A program made the translations under genes and the position numbers. A stretch of 64,000 nt of DNA from positions 66,526 to 130,525 of the forward strand of contig JBGSSW010000016.1 of the NCBI GenBank assembly GCA_041736805.1, given 5' to 3'. Positions 26,981 through 38,452 of the stretch are shown in pieces. Below the pieces are notes generated by a model that saw only the letters and a list, made by a program, of their open reading frames with translations, made no database searches and had not been told where the DNA came from. The number at the start of each line of letters is the position of its first letter. Position 1 is the stretch's first letter. Origin of the DNA: Minisyncoccia bacterium (GTDB taxonomy: Bacteria; Patescibacteriota; Minisyncoccia; Phycocordibacterales; UBA918).

Positions 26981-28201
26981 TTAATCCATGTCCAACAACA
27001 AACCTCCCCAAGTAAAATCTTCAGCCCCTAAACCATCACCAGTTTCTGGATGGTATTGTTCCCTAAAGCCTGATTTTTCAATTAATTTAGTAGTCTTAGC
27101 TTTTATCATTTCAGCTTCGCCCTTAAAACCATATCTTTTTAGACCTTTGTAGATAAACCAATGTGGAGCCAACCAAATAGGACCTCGCCAAAAACCCTCA
27201 TTTGGATCATAAGACTTTTCTTTTTTTGAGGTTGAAGTAATACCAAAATCAGTCATGAAATAGTCTGAGTTGAGCAAATAGTCTTTTACTAATTTATTGG
27301 CTTCTTCTTGCGTAAGTAGGTTGCCGTACAAAGGCATAAAAATATTCCAAGTAATAGTAGGAATATGCTTCTTCCTAAGATGGTCGTAAGATAGAAACAC
27401 TTCTCCATGGCGTAACTGTTTTTTAATTTCTTTTTGTATTTCTCTAGCTCTATTCAAAAATAAACTTTCATCAGCTTTAAAATCAAGTATCGAGGCTATT
27501 TCGGAAAAAGTTAAAAGTTCCTCAGCGTACAAAACATTAAAGGCTACGTCAGCGACACCAAAATGGTCTTTCATACAATCTTTAGCAGCAAAATTACAAA
27601 CGGCATTTTGTTGCATTAAATGAATTCTGCGATCAAGACTTTGGTCAGCCGTTTGTATATCGGGCAAACCAAGTGATTCATCAAACCGGGGTGAATTATC
27701 TTCTCCGGACTCATCAGGATTTATAATATAAGCTAAAACATCGTGATTAAAAGTACGGTCTCTTTCTAAATATGCAAAGTGATTTTTTAGAGCCTCATAT
27801 ACATCAGTCAAAAACTCCTTATCTTCATCAACTTGATAAACCTTGTAAATAGCTTGTGCAGCAACTGGCGGTTGAGTAAGTGAACTAGACCCAGCTGTCT
27901 GCCAAGAGGCGTTAATGGTATGCCCTCTTTTTTCACGCCCCCAATTGGGAAGGGTTTCATTTTCACCGTTCCAATAAATCATATGCGGCAACATGCCTGA
28001 GGGTAATGGTTTTGAAAGAACTGCCCGCATTTCTTTTTTAGCGCTCTCTATATCGTAGTGAGACAAGACAATGGCATGAAAGCAAGAGTCCCACAGCCAT
28101 TGAAATGGGTATACTCTGGCCGAGGGAACAGTGAACTGGTGACCATGTGCTTGTCTACGGTTTCTATCGAATAAATTCTTGATTTCTGAATCAACGTCCA
28201 T
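26981..28201 (-). CDS. (alpha/alpha)6-barrel glycoside hydrolase, GH63 / GH37-trehalase-like
   Basis: YPFQWLWDSCFHAI (WLWDS motif) and NPDESGEDNSPRFDE (acidic catalytic loop of the DxxGxDNSPR type). Confidence 0.65.
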   Translation of the reverse strand: MDVDSEIKNLFDRNRRQAHGHQFTVPSARVYPFQWLWDSCFHAIVLSHYDIESAKKEMRAVLSKPLPSGMLPHMIYWNGENETLPNWGREKRGHTINASWQTAGSSSLTQPPVAAQAIYKVYQVDEDKEFLTDVYEALKNHFAYLERDRTFNHDVLAYIINPDESGEDNSPRFDESLGLPDIQTADQSLDRRIHLMQQNAVCNFAAKDCMKDHFGVADVAFNVLYAEELLTFSEIASILDFKADESLFLNRAREIQKEIKKQLRHGEVFLSYDHLRKKHIPTITWNIFMPLYGNLLTQEEANKLVKDYLLNSDYFMTDFGITSTSKKEKSYDPNEGFWRGPIWLAPHWFIYKGLKRYGFKGEAEMIKAKTTKLIEKSGFREQYHPETGDGLGAEDFTWGGLLLDMD

Positions 28202-28267
28202 TAATGCAGTATAACTTAACGTTTGATCAATATTAGTCTTTTAGAAACAGTTTGATAGAATGAAAAT

Positions 28268-29131
28268 ATGCCAGAATTACCAGAAGTCGAGACAGTTAGA
28301 CTTCAATTACTAGATAAGATAATAAACAAGCCAATTTCTAAAGTTGAAGTTTTTAATGATAAAACCGTTGCAAACAATAATAAATTTTCCACCCAAGTGA
28401 AGGGTAGAAGTTTTAGTCACGTCAGTCGAATTGGTAAACTACTTATCTTTTCCTTCACTGAAAACAAAGATTTATTTCTCCTAGCTCACCTCAAAATGAC
28501 GGGGCAATTTTTCTTCCTCAATCAATCTGAAGTCACTGGAGGTGGACACACTATGCGGGAAGACAATTATGAGCAGTTACCCAACAAACACACTCGGGTG
28601 GCCTTTTACTTCAATGATGGTTCTTCACTGTATTTTAATGATATGAGAAAGTTTGGTTATATCCATCTCGCCAATGCTGAGGAAGTAAACCGAGCAAAAG
28701 CTCGTTTCGGACAAGAATTAATTGACCCAGCTTTTGATAACCTGGCTTTTTTTAATTCAATTAATAAAAAGAAAACTTCTATCAAGGCAGCTCTTTTAGA
28801 CCAAACTTTCGTGGCGGGGCTAGGTAATATCTACGTTGATGAAGCTCTATTTATTGCCAAAGTTCGTCCTGATCGCAAGGCAAACGAGGTAACCAAAAAT
28901 GAAGCCTTGAAAATAACCAAAGCCAGTGGTGAAATAATGAATGAATCTATTAAAATGGGCGGTACTACCTTTAAAAATTTTGCTGATACGGCCGGTCATA
29001 TTGGTAATTACAAAGATCATTTAAAAGTTTTTGGTAAACAAAATACTCCTTGTCAAAAATGTAAAACTCTAATCAAAAAAACTAAAGTGGCTGGAAGAGG
29101 GACCCACTTCTGCCCCACTTGTCAGAAATAG
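28268..29131 (+). CDS. mutM: Formamidopyrimidine-DNA glycosylase (Fpg/MutM)
   Basis: N-terminal MPELPEVETVR with catalytic Pro2/Glu3, H2TH region, and C-terminal zinc finger CQKC...CPTC. Confidence 0.9.
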   Translation: MPELPEVETVRLQLLDKIINKPISKVEVFNDKTVANNNKFSTQVKGRSFSHVSRIGKLLIFSFTENKDLFLLAHLKMTGQFFFLNQSEVTGGGHTMREDNYEQLPNKHTRVAFYFNDGSSLYFNDMRKFGYIHLANAEEVNRAKARFGQELIDPAFDNLAFFNSINKKKTSIKAALLDQTFVAGLGNIYVDEALFIAKVRPDRKANEVTKNEALKITKASGEIMNESIKMGGTTFKNFADTAGHIGNYKDHLKVFGKQNTPCQKCKTLIKKTKVAGRGTHFCPTCQK

Positions 29132-29135
29132 CAGT

Positions 29136-29798
29136 ATGGAAGTAAGTATTGAAAATAGTTGGAAAAAAGTTCTGTCTGCTGAATTTAATCAGGATTATTT
29201 TGTCGACCTCACTAGCCAGCTTAAAAAAGCTTATCTTGAAACCACTGTCTTCCCTCCAGCTGAGCTAATTTTCAGTGTTTTTTCCCTCTGCCCTTTTTCT
29301 GAAGTAAAAGTCGTAATTCTAGGACAAGACCCCTACCATGGCCCTGGACAAGCTCATGGCCTATCATTCTCCGTACCAGATGGTGTAAAGACACCCCCAT
29401 CACTACAAAACATCTATAAAGAACTTAAGTCTGATCTTGGCTTAGAATTGCCACCATCAGGTAATCTCGAACATTGGGCTAAGCAAGGTGTTTTATTATT
29501 AAACGCCACTCTTACTGTATTGCCTGGACAACCTGGTTCGCATCAGGGGTTGGGTTGGGAAACTTTCACTGACAGCGTAATAAATAAAATTTCGGAAGCA
29601 AAAGAACATAGTGTCTTCCTGCTCTGGGGCAAATTTGCTATCTCTAAAAAATATTTAATAGATGAATCAAAACATTTAGTTCTCATCGCTCCCCACCCTT
29701 CCCCTTTCTCTGCCTACACCGGCTTTTTCGGTTGCCGGCACTTTAGCCAAACTAATAAGTATCTAAAAGATAATGGAATAAAAGAAATTGAATGGTAA
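29136..29798 (+). CDS. ung: Uracil-DNA glycosylase, family 1
   Basis: VVILGQDPYHGPGQAHGLSFSV (GQDPYH motif) and APHPSPFSA (HPSPLS motif). Confidence 0.9.
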   Translation: MEVSIENSWKKVLSAEFNQDYFVDLTSQLKKAYLETTVFPPAELIFSVFSLCPFSEVKVVILGQDPYHGPGQAHGLSFSVPDGVKTPPSLQNIYKELKSDLGLELPPSGNLEHWAKQGVLLLNATLTVLPGQPGSHQGLGWETFTDSVINKISEAKEHSVFLLWGKFAISKKYLIDESKHLVLIAPHPSPFSAYTGFFGCRHFSQTNKYLKDNGIKEIEW

Positions 29799-29819
29799 AA
29801 ATTATTACATAGGCCTTTC

Positions 29820-30908
29820 CTATGTAATAGGTTTAGGGACTAACTTGAGTAAGGTCACTTGGTTCTTAGACCCTAGGCGCATGGGTGGACCCCAGGTGCC
29901 TGTTCCGGGCGTAACATGTAGGTACTTTCCTTCTTCCAAGTAAAGACCATTCACATAGCGAAAAAATATACGTACTAGTAAATTAAAAGGGTAGACTTGT
30001 CCGTTATGAGTATGTCCAGAGAGCATAATGTCTATTCCATGTTTTCGAGCCGACTCCCATTCAACTGGGGTGTGGTACATCAGAATACTAGGCAGGTTTG
30101 TATCAACAGCAAGATTACTTAAGATTGAATCTAGAGTAATGGCGCGAGGCAAGCTCTGTCTATCATTAACGCCAATCAACTGTATACCCTCATGGATAAC
30201 CATTTGATTTTCGAGCAACTGCAGTTTGAGATTTTTAACAGTTTCGCGTACATACGGCAGACCTTCATACTCTTCGTGGTTACCGTGCGAGAAGTAACTT
30301 GGAGCTGAAAGTGAGTCGAGTGGACTTAGTATTTGTTCATCTATTGGTACCGATCCATCAAACAAATCTCCAGAAATTAAAACTAAATCCGGTGAAAGTT
30401 TGTTGGTCAGCTCGACCACTCGTTCCAGAAACTTTTCTTGATGAACTGTCCCAACATGAATATCAGATAAATGTACAACGTGGAGTTTTTTGGTTAAGCC
30501 AGCAATGGGAGTAACGTATTCTCTTATTACTAAATTTCTACCTTGCCAGAGGGCATAAAGTGAAAATAAGCCTCCAAGTAAAAGTAGGGCTATTAAGACA
30601 AACTTTGATTCAAAACCAGTGAAGATATGCAGAAGTTCATAGGGTAATACAGCTGAAAACAAAAGCATAATTACTCCGAGCCAACTAGCCGCCAGAAAGT
30701 AAAACTGATCTGTCAGAGTACTGTTAATTTTCCTTACTAGTAAGCTAGCAAAAAAATATGAAATAGCCAAAAAAGCCAAAATGGGAATTGCGGCTGGTAT
30801 AGATAACGAAAATACTCTGGCAGCGGTTTCATACACAAAATAGTGCATGAAAAATAAAACAGTCCAGCCAATAGCAATAAAAATTATGAAACGCATTATG
30901 AGCAGCAT
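29820..30908 (-). CDS. Membrane-anchored calcineurin-like metallophosphoesterase
   Basis: N-terminal TM helices, then LHVVHLSDIHVG, ISGDLFDG, SHGNHEEYEG and LSGHTHNGQ. Confidence 0.7.
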   Translation of the reverse strand: MLLIMRFIIFIAIGWTVLFFMHYFVYETAARVFSLSIPAAIPILAFLAISYFFASLLVRKINSTLTDQFYFLAASWLGVIMLLFSAVLPYELLHIFTGFESKFVLIALLLLGGLFSLYALWQGRNLVIREYVTPIAGLTKKLHVVHLSDIHVGTVHQEKFLERVVELTNKLSPDLVLISGDLFDGSVPIDEQILSPLDSLSAPSYFSHGNHEEYEGLPYVRETVKNLKLQLLENQMVIHEGIQLIGVNDRQSLPRAITLDSILSNLAVDTNLPSILMYHTPVEWESARKHGIDIMLSGHTHNGQVYPFNLLVRIFFRYVNGLYLEEGKYLHVTPGTGTWGPPMRLGSKNQVTLLKLVPKPIT

Positions 30909-30950
30909 ATCACAGAAAAAGCTGCCTTATGAGTTTCATTTTTTAAAATA

Positions 30951-31202
30951 TTACAGCAAAATCGTGACTTGGTTTTGACTGACTTCAAGCGTGCCAGAAC
31001 TAACTGCGAAAGTTTCAGTGGTGCCATCTGCTTTGCGGATAATGATTGTCCCAGCTCGCAGAGCTGACATCAGTGGAGTATGGTCAGCTAGCAATGTCAT
31101 CTCACCTTCACTACCAGGCACCGTCACAGAAGTAACTGGACCAGAAAAAACTGGCGCGTCGACGCGGGCGATTGTGAGTTGTAAGATTTTTATAGGATTC
31201 AT
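30951..31202 (-). CDS. atpC: F-type ATP synthase epsilon subunit (short form, beta-sandwich domain only)
   Basis: Its position after atpD, and an 83-aa sequence with the PG.eGemtvLa.H.p pattern. Confidence 0.75.
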   Translation of the reverse strand: MNPIKILQLTIARVDAPVFSGPVTSVTVPGSEGEMTLLADHTPLMSALRAGTIIIRKADGTTETFAVSSGTLEVSQNQVTILL

Positions 31203-31415
31203 AAGTATAAATTAAATGTTAAAAATCTTTCTTTCTGCTTTCGCTCGAAAACACAAAAAAAACTTTTGTGTTTTGCTCACTCAATTGAAAGGAATGTTTT
31301 AATTCTGCCATATTTTTTAAATTACCACTCATTATTTCTTACCAACTTTATTTACTTTTAAGGAGACAGGAAATCACTAAGGCGAAGGTAAGTGACTGCA
31401 GATACGAGGCGTGAG

Positions 31416-31477
31416 GTGAAAAATATCGTGAGGTGTACTTAGATGTACATTGAGCGATATTTTTCACCTCACAACAA
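31416..31477. repeat. Perfect 18-bp inverted repeat (gtgaggtgaaaaatatcg / cgatatttttcacctcac) with a 26-nt spacer inside the 285-bp atpD-atpC spacer
   Basis: Read directly from the sequence. There is no adjacent U-run on either strand. Confidence 0.5.
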
Positions 31478-31488
31478 AGTAGCTGCTG

Positions 31489-32868
<1,380 letters not shown>

Positions 32869-33111
32869 TTAATAATTGGTGTTTGATAATGAACTCTGTG
32901 ATGGGTACCACCGAGTGATTAATAATCCTCACGAGAATCATTAATCACTCGTAACTACCTTTTAAAAAATTTCAGACGGTCTTGCTCACAAAACTTGTGA
33001 GACGACTTCAGAGGCGCGAAGTGGTGATTATTTTTGAGGAAGATGTACTAGTGGGTACTTCGACCGAAAAAATAATTACCACGACAAAGCATATGAGGTC
33101 GTATCGCAAAT

Positions 33112-34020
33112 TTATGTTTTCATTGCTTCCATACCGCCGGTTATTTCACTTACTTCTGCCGTAATGGCTGCTTGGCGTGCCTTATTGAACTTTAGAGTCA
33201 AAAACTTGGCCACTTCCTTACTCTTATCAGTAGCGTTTTTCATCGCTACCATGCGAGCCGAATGCTCACTCGCTTTACTCTCAAGGAAAGCGTGGAAAAG
33301 AATAATTTGCACCAATTGTGGAATCAGCGCATCAAAAACAGTTTGGGCATCTGGTTCAATGGTGTGATCAATTACCATGTCAGGAGTTACCATATCGTCA
33401 CTAAACTTACCTGTCCTCGGCTTAATACCACGCATAATGAAATGTACTTCTGCTGGATCAAGCGGGAGTACCTGACGCATCGTAGCAGCTTGTTCGAAAG
33501 TCGAAAGGAAGTTTTGATAAATAACTTCAACTTTAGCGTAAGTGACGTCTGAAGCAAAAGCTGTTACTGCTTTAGTAGCTATTTCATAGACATCTGCCAC
33601 AGTGACGTCATCACCAACATTGGTGTATTCACCGAGGAGTGTAATTTTTTCTCGCCCTGCAAATTCGACCGCCTTACGGCCAATCGCAATCATGTCGAAC
33701 TCCACTCCACTGACACGAAGTTTTTCGACGTTCTTGAGAACAGCACTGTTTACACTACCAGCCAGACCTTTGTCACTAGTAACTACTATCACAAGAGTTT
33801 TCCCGGTTGTACGTTTCAATGCAAGTGGGTGTGTAGAAAGTGCTTCTGACTGGGCCACGCGAGTCAAAATCCGCATAGCTGCGTGCACATACGGACGACT
33901 CTCGAAAGCCCGAGCCTGGCTCTTACGCATCTTTACTGCCGAAACAGACTCCATCGCCTTGGTCACTTTGCCAGTCTTTTTGGTAGAGATTATTTTGTTT
34001 TTGATTTGCTTAAGAGCCAC
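33112..34020 (-). CDS. atpG: F-type ATP synthase gamma subunit
   Basis: Operon position. N-terminal MALKQIKNKIISTKKTGKVTKAMESVSAVKMRK and a C-terminal ITxEL-type helix. Confidence 0.85.
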   Translation of the reverse strand: MALKQIKNKIISTKKTGKVTKAMESVSAVKMRKSQARAFESRPYVHAAMRILTRVAQSEALSTHPLALKRTTGKTLVIVVTSDKGLAGSVNSAVLKNVEKLRVSGVEFDMIAIGRKAVEFAGREKITLLGEYTNVGDDVTVADVYEIATKAVTAFASDVTYAKVEVIYQNFLSTFEQAATMRQVLPLDPAEVHFIMRGIKPRTGKFSDDMVTPDMVIDHTIEPDAQTVFDALIPQLVQIILFHAFLESKASEHSARMVAMKNATDKSKEVAKFLTLKFNKARQAAITAEVSEITGGMEAMKT

Positions 34021-34045
34021 GATAATTTTGTATTAACGAGTAAAC

Positions 34046-35617
34046 TTACTCAGCTTTAGTGTAGTAATTAGCATTAGCTTCCTTAAAGTCAGCAATAGAC
34101 TTATTCAATTTTTCTACCAATTCGTCAGTCAATTCACGACCAGTCTCAATCGCGTCCATTATTTCCTTTCGGTCTCTCATAATAAAGTCTAAGAAAGTTG
34201 TTTCAATCGCACTAACCTTTTCTGGAGTAGTGTTATCGAAAAGTCCGTTGTTGGCACCGTAGATAGAAATCACCTGTTTATAGAACGGCATTGGGTTATT
34301 TTGCTTTTGCTTCAGAAGTTCAACGTATTTCCGACCACTGTCAATTCTCTTCTTGGTATCTTCGTCTAAGTCGGAAGCAAATTGCATGAAGGCTTCAAGT
34401 TCACGGAACTGCGCCAGTTCAAGACGAATCTTACCCGCTACTTTTTTCATTGCCTTAGTTTGAGCTGAAGAACCTACTCGGGAGACAGAGATACCAACGT
34501 TTAAAGCAGGGCGAATTCCCTTGTTGAACAAATCACCCTCTAGGAAAATCTGACCGTCAGTAATAGAAATTACGTTGGTTGGAATGTAGGCTGAAACATC
34601 ACCTTCTTGAGTTTCAATAATTGGTAAGGCTGTAATAGAACCACCACCAAGTTCTTTGGAAAGCTTAGCTGAACGTTCTAGTAAACGTGAGTGAAGGTAG
34701 AAAATATCTCCCGGATACGCTTCTCGTCCTGGTGGACGGCGAAGTAGTAGTGACATCTGACGATACGCTACCGCGTGTTTACTAAGGTCATCAAGTACAA
34801 TCACCACATCTCTTCCTTGCTCCATAAAATATTCGCCAATCGCCATTCCTGCAAATGGTGCTAAGAAAAGCATTGGGGACGGCTCAGCAGCTGAGGTTGC
34901 AACGATAGTTGTGTATTCTAGCGCTCCAGCTTCCTCTAATTTTGCCATAATACTCGCTGTTTTAGAGCGCTTCTGGCCAATAGCAACATAAATACAAATT
35001 GGGCGTTTTTCTTTTGGTTCATACTTTTGGTTGATGATGGTGTCGATGGCAATAGTTGTTTTACCAGTCTGACGGTCACCAATGATAAGCTCACGCTGAC
35101 CTCGTCCAATCGGAATCATTGAGTCGATAGCTTTGATACCGGTGTGAATCGGCTCGTTTACAGAAGACCTATCCATCACACCGTAAGCCACCCGCTCAAT
35201 CGGCATATTTTTATCGGTCGCAATTACCCCTTTACCATCAATCGCTTCACCAAGAGTATTTACTACTCGACCAACAATACCTTCCCCAACAGGAACTGAA
35301 AGCAGTTTGCCAGTGCGACTCACTTGCATACCTTCCTTCACCAAATTACTTTCACCCAAAATTACCACTTTGACAGTGTCCTCTTCCAAGTTTAGTACCA
35401 AACCAAAGAGAGTTCCTTCTTGTTTCATTACTTCTTTTACGCTAGCTCCAGCGCCAGTATCGAAAGACACCATTTCCATCATCTGAGCCTTAGTCAGGCC
35501 TTCGATTTCGGCAATACCGTCTCCAACTGACACTACAACTCCCACCTCTTCAGGCTGGGTAGTGGTATCGAGGGATTCGATTTCCTTTTTGATTCTATCA
35601 ATGATTGTTGTACTCAT
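34046..35617 (-). CDS. atpA: F-type ATP synthase alpha subunit
   Basis: [18 protein letters not shown] (Walker A) and 523 aa. Confidence 0.95.
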   Translation of the reverse strand: MSTTIIDRIKKEIESLDTTTQPEEVGVVVSVGDGIAEIEGLTKAQMMEMVSFDTGAGASVKEVMKQEGTLFGLVLNLEEDTVKVVILGESNLVKEGMQVSRTGKLLSVPVGEGIVGRVVNTLGEAIDGKGVIATDKNMPIERVAYGVMDRSSVNEPIHTGIKAIDSMIPIGRGQRELIIGDRQTGKTTIAIDTIINQKYEPKEKRPICIYVAIGQKRSKTASIMAKLEEAGALEYTTIVATSAAEPSPMLFLAPFAGMAIGEYFMEQGRDVVIVLDDLSKHAVAYRQMSLLLRRPPGREAYPGDIFYLHSRLLERSAKLSKELGGGSITALPIIETQEGDVSAYIPTNVISITDGQIFLEGDLFNKGIRPALNVGISVSRVGSSAQTKAMKKVAGKIRLELAQFRELEAFMQFASDLDEDTKKRIDSGRKYVELLKQKQNNPMPFYKQVISIYGANNGLFDNTTPEKVSAIETTFLDFIMRDRKEIMDAIETGRELTDELVEKLNKSIADFKEANANYYTKAE

Positions 35618-35657
35618 AATAAGTTGTGACTAAATAATTTTGGTGATTAATAATTTC

Positions 35658-36038
35658 TTAAGTGATGATGCGTCGATACAAGTCCACTAAGGCTCTCTTA
35701 TAACTAGCGTCATAAAAAGTACCTTTGACTCTGGCCGTGAAACCACCAACCAAATTTTGGTCAATAGTTTTGGTGTAGCCAGCTTCAGTAGCACCTAATT
35801 TTTCTAGAGCTGCTTGTAGGGTAGCTTCACTAACCTCTCCTTCTTTGGCAATTACTACCTGAGGAACAAAACTCTTAAGCCTGGCTTGAAGTACGCGCAT
35901 ACTTGCCTTGAGTACTTGTGGCCAAAGCCTAAGGTGACCACGCTGTTCCATTTGTTTTTTGATAGACAGCAAAGTTTGCTCGGTATTTTTTCCGGCGAGG
36001 ATACTTTCAGTTAAAGCTTTTACGTAGGCGTTTTTCAT
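35658..36038 (-). CDS. atpH: F-type ATP synthase delta (OSCP) subunit, short form
   Basis: Operon position between b and alpha. The C-terminal pattern (VIAKEG...LVGGF...ASYKRALVDL) is typical of delta. Confidence 0.6.
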   Translation of the reverse strand: MKNAYVKALTESILAGKNTEQTLLSIKKQMEQRGHLRLWPQVLKASMRVLQARLKSFVPQVVIAKEGEVSEATLQAALEKLGATEAGYTKTIDQNLVGGFTARVKGTFYDASYKRALVDLYRRIIT

Positions 36039-36044
36039 AATTTA

Positions 36045-36491
36045 CTAAGCCTGTTCACGGAGAAGTTTTTCAGTCGCCAAAACAGCCAATTGAGCAACTT
36101 CTTTTTCACTAGCTTTAACAGCAACAATTTTTGCCTGTTCGGCTTTGACTTCAGCCTCCTTCAAAATTGAAGCTGCTTTAGCTTGAGCAGCAGAAACTAT
36201 TTCTGTTTCTTGAAGCTTAGCAGAACTTTTAGCTCTCTCACCTACAGCCTCTGCTTCTTTGTGGGCCAAACTCAAAACCGCCTGTTTCTCTGTATCTGCT
36301 TCAGCTTTGGCTAAGGCTGCGGACTCGGCATCCTTTAGTCCTTGAGCAATTTTCTCCTCACGTTCTTTAAGGAGTTTTAAAATTGGCCGATAAAGGAAAT
36401 ATCCCAAGACAGCCATCAAGATACCGAAGTTTACGATTTGGATGACGATTAGCCTTTGATCAATACCGAAGGCTTCAATGATTTCTTCCAT
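36045..36491 (-). CDS. atpF: F-type ATP synthase b subunit
   Basis: Single N-terminal TM helix, a long Ala/Glu/Lys-rich coiled coil, and operon position. Confidence 0.65.
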   Translation of the reverse strand: MEEIIEAFGIDQRLIVIQIVNFGILMAVLGYFLYRPILKLLKEREEKIAQGLKDAESAALAKAEADTEKQAVLSLAHKEAEAVGERAKSSAKLQETEIVSAAQAKAASILKEAEVKAEQAKIVAVKASEKEVAQLAVLATEKLLREQA

Positions 36492-36542
36492 AGGTTAATA
36501 AGTGAGAGTGAGTAATGGTTTGGATTAGCTTGTTCAAAATTC

Positions 36543-36812
<270 letters not shown>

Positions 36813-36939
36813 TTAGTTATTTTAATAATTAATTTCGTCACTTATCCTTTAGTTCTTTTTAGCGAACTAATTTTTGTTACTAGACAAGGTACGAGTCACG
36901 CCCAATTTGTTTTAAACGGGACTCGTGATTATCTACTAA

Positions 36940-37824
36940 CTAATGCGGCTCAGTCACGGCCAATTTAATGAAAAAGAGAGTCAAAATGGCAAAGATAAAG
37001 GCCTGAATAAAGCCGACAAACACTTCAAAAGCATAAAGCGGGACCGGTAATATATACGGTACAAAAAACATTACCACTACGATGAGTGTCTTACCGGCAA
37101 AGATATTACCGAAAAGACGAAAGGAAAATGATATCAGTCGAGCCAACTCTGAAATAAATTCAATAATACCAATAGCAAAATTAAGCGGTGAAGAAAAGTT
37201 TAAAAACTTACTCCCATATTTGAAAACACCAAGAGCTAGAACTCCAGCAATTTCAATGGTGAAAAAAGCAATTAATGAAAAAGCGATGGTGATATTCAAA
37301 TCAGTCGCAGCTGGATAAAGTAACGGAGTAAAATGTCCGTCATGGTATAGACCAATAGCCGCAACACCCGGCAAGAGGCCAATCCAATTAAGAGCCAAGA
37401 CAAAAACAAAAATTGTCATTACAATGGGAAAATATTTCTCAGCCATCTTTCGGCTTTCAAGCACATCACTAACGTAATCAAATGCCCCGCCTACTACCAT
37501 TTCCGCCATATTTTGAACCTTGCCTGGCACAGCGGTTAATCGTGTTTTTAAGGCAACCACTAAAACGATAACCACTGCCATCGCAAACCAAGTTGTAATC
37601 AAAGTGGCCGTTAGTGGAATGCCAAAAAATTCTCCCACTACGTAAGGTTTGAGAGCTACATGAATACCGCCTTCAGTGGCTGCATGCGCTGTATTTATAA
37701 GGGAAAACATAAAAAATACCAAAGTCACCCGAAAGCACTTTTGCGCCGGTATATTAGCATATTTGCAGCAAAAACGAAACTCTGACTGTGGGCCCAGTAA
37801 GCATATTTTAAGTCTATAAAGCAA
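36940..37824 (-). CDS. atpB: F-type ATP synthase a subunit (the annotated start may be too far upstream; a true start near MFSLINTAHA is plausible)
   Basis: Polytopic, with the conserved RLxxNxxAG segment (FRLFGNIFAGKTL) containing the essential Arg. Operon position. Confidence 0.8.
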   Translation of the reverse strand: MLYRLKICLLGPQSEFRFCCKYANIPAQKCFRVTLVFFMFSLINTAHAATEGGIHVALKPYVVGEFFGIPLTATLITTWFAMAVVIVLVVALKTRLTAVPGKVQNMAEMVVGGAFDYVSDVLESRKMAEKYFPIVMTIFVFVLALNWIGLLPGVAAIGLYHDGHFTPLLYPAATDLNITIAFSLIAFFTIEIAGVLALGVFKYGSKFLNFSSPLNFAIGIIEFISELARLISFSFRLFGNIFAGKTLIVVVMFFVPYILPVPLYAFEVFVGFIQAFIFAILTLFFIKLAVTEPH

Positions 37825-38452
37825 TTACTTGGGGGTTAATTTTGTTTTCTACTTCCATTTGTTCAGCCTTCAGGTATTATTTAAGTAGACAAGTTACCTA
37901 CAAAGGAAAAAACGGATGCACAATCTTTATCGCATTAGACACCAATTTCACTGGTTCACTGTGAGTGAACTTACCCTTAAACATTTCAATTTAAGACCTG
38001 ACCAAGAAGTTGATTTAAGGCTGGCTCACGAAATAGTTTGTTTTTGCGAGACTGAAAAGCTGATGCTTGACTTCATATACAGCGTTAGGCAATTTGTTGC
38101 TCAGATTCCTCGTCAACACCTCAAAATGTATCTGCTTGGTCTTAAGATGATACAGATGGGTCATTTGAGGCCACAAGTCTTGCTACTTCCCTACAAACCG
38201 AAACGCTGACCTTGGTCAGCGTTTTTCCTTTGAATTAACCAGGACAGACGAGATGATTTATTTATTAGTCTAAGTTTTCATCATCGTTAATTTGACTATT
38301 TTGTAGTTTAGTGTTATTCTCTATTTACCTTGAGATTCTCGTGTAGGGCTCTTAAGCCACAATCTTTGTATCTGTTTAGATAGTCACGATTGAATTTATC
38401 TACTGCACAGCCCCGGAATTTTCATAAATTCCCCAATAAAATAATAATATAA

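Noticed and set aside
33164-34036. Several + strand ORFs (33164-33367, 33262-33552, 33602-34036) and others such as 32178-32369, 30991-31215, 30299-30514
   Set aside because: All are antisense to well-supported ATP synthase or phosphoesterase genes, so they are called spurious.
37916-38209. 97-aa ORF upstream of the DEAD-box helicase
   Set aside because: It has no motif or RBS and lies in the divergent promoter region between atpB and the helicase gene. It is probably noncoding.
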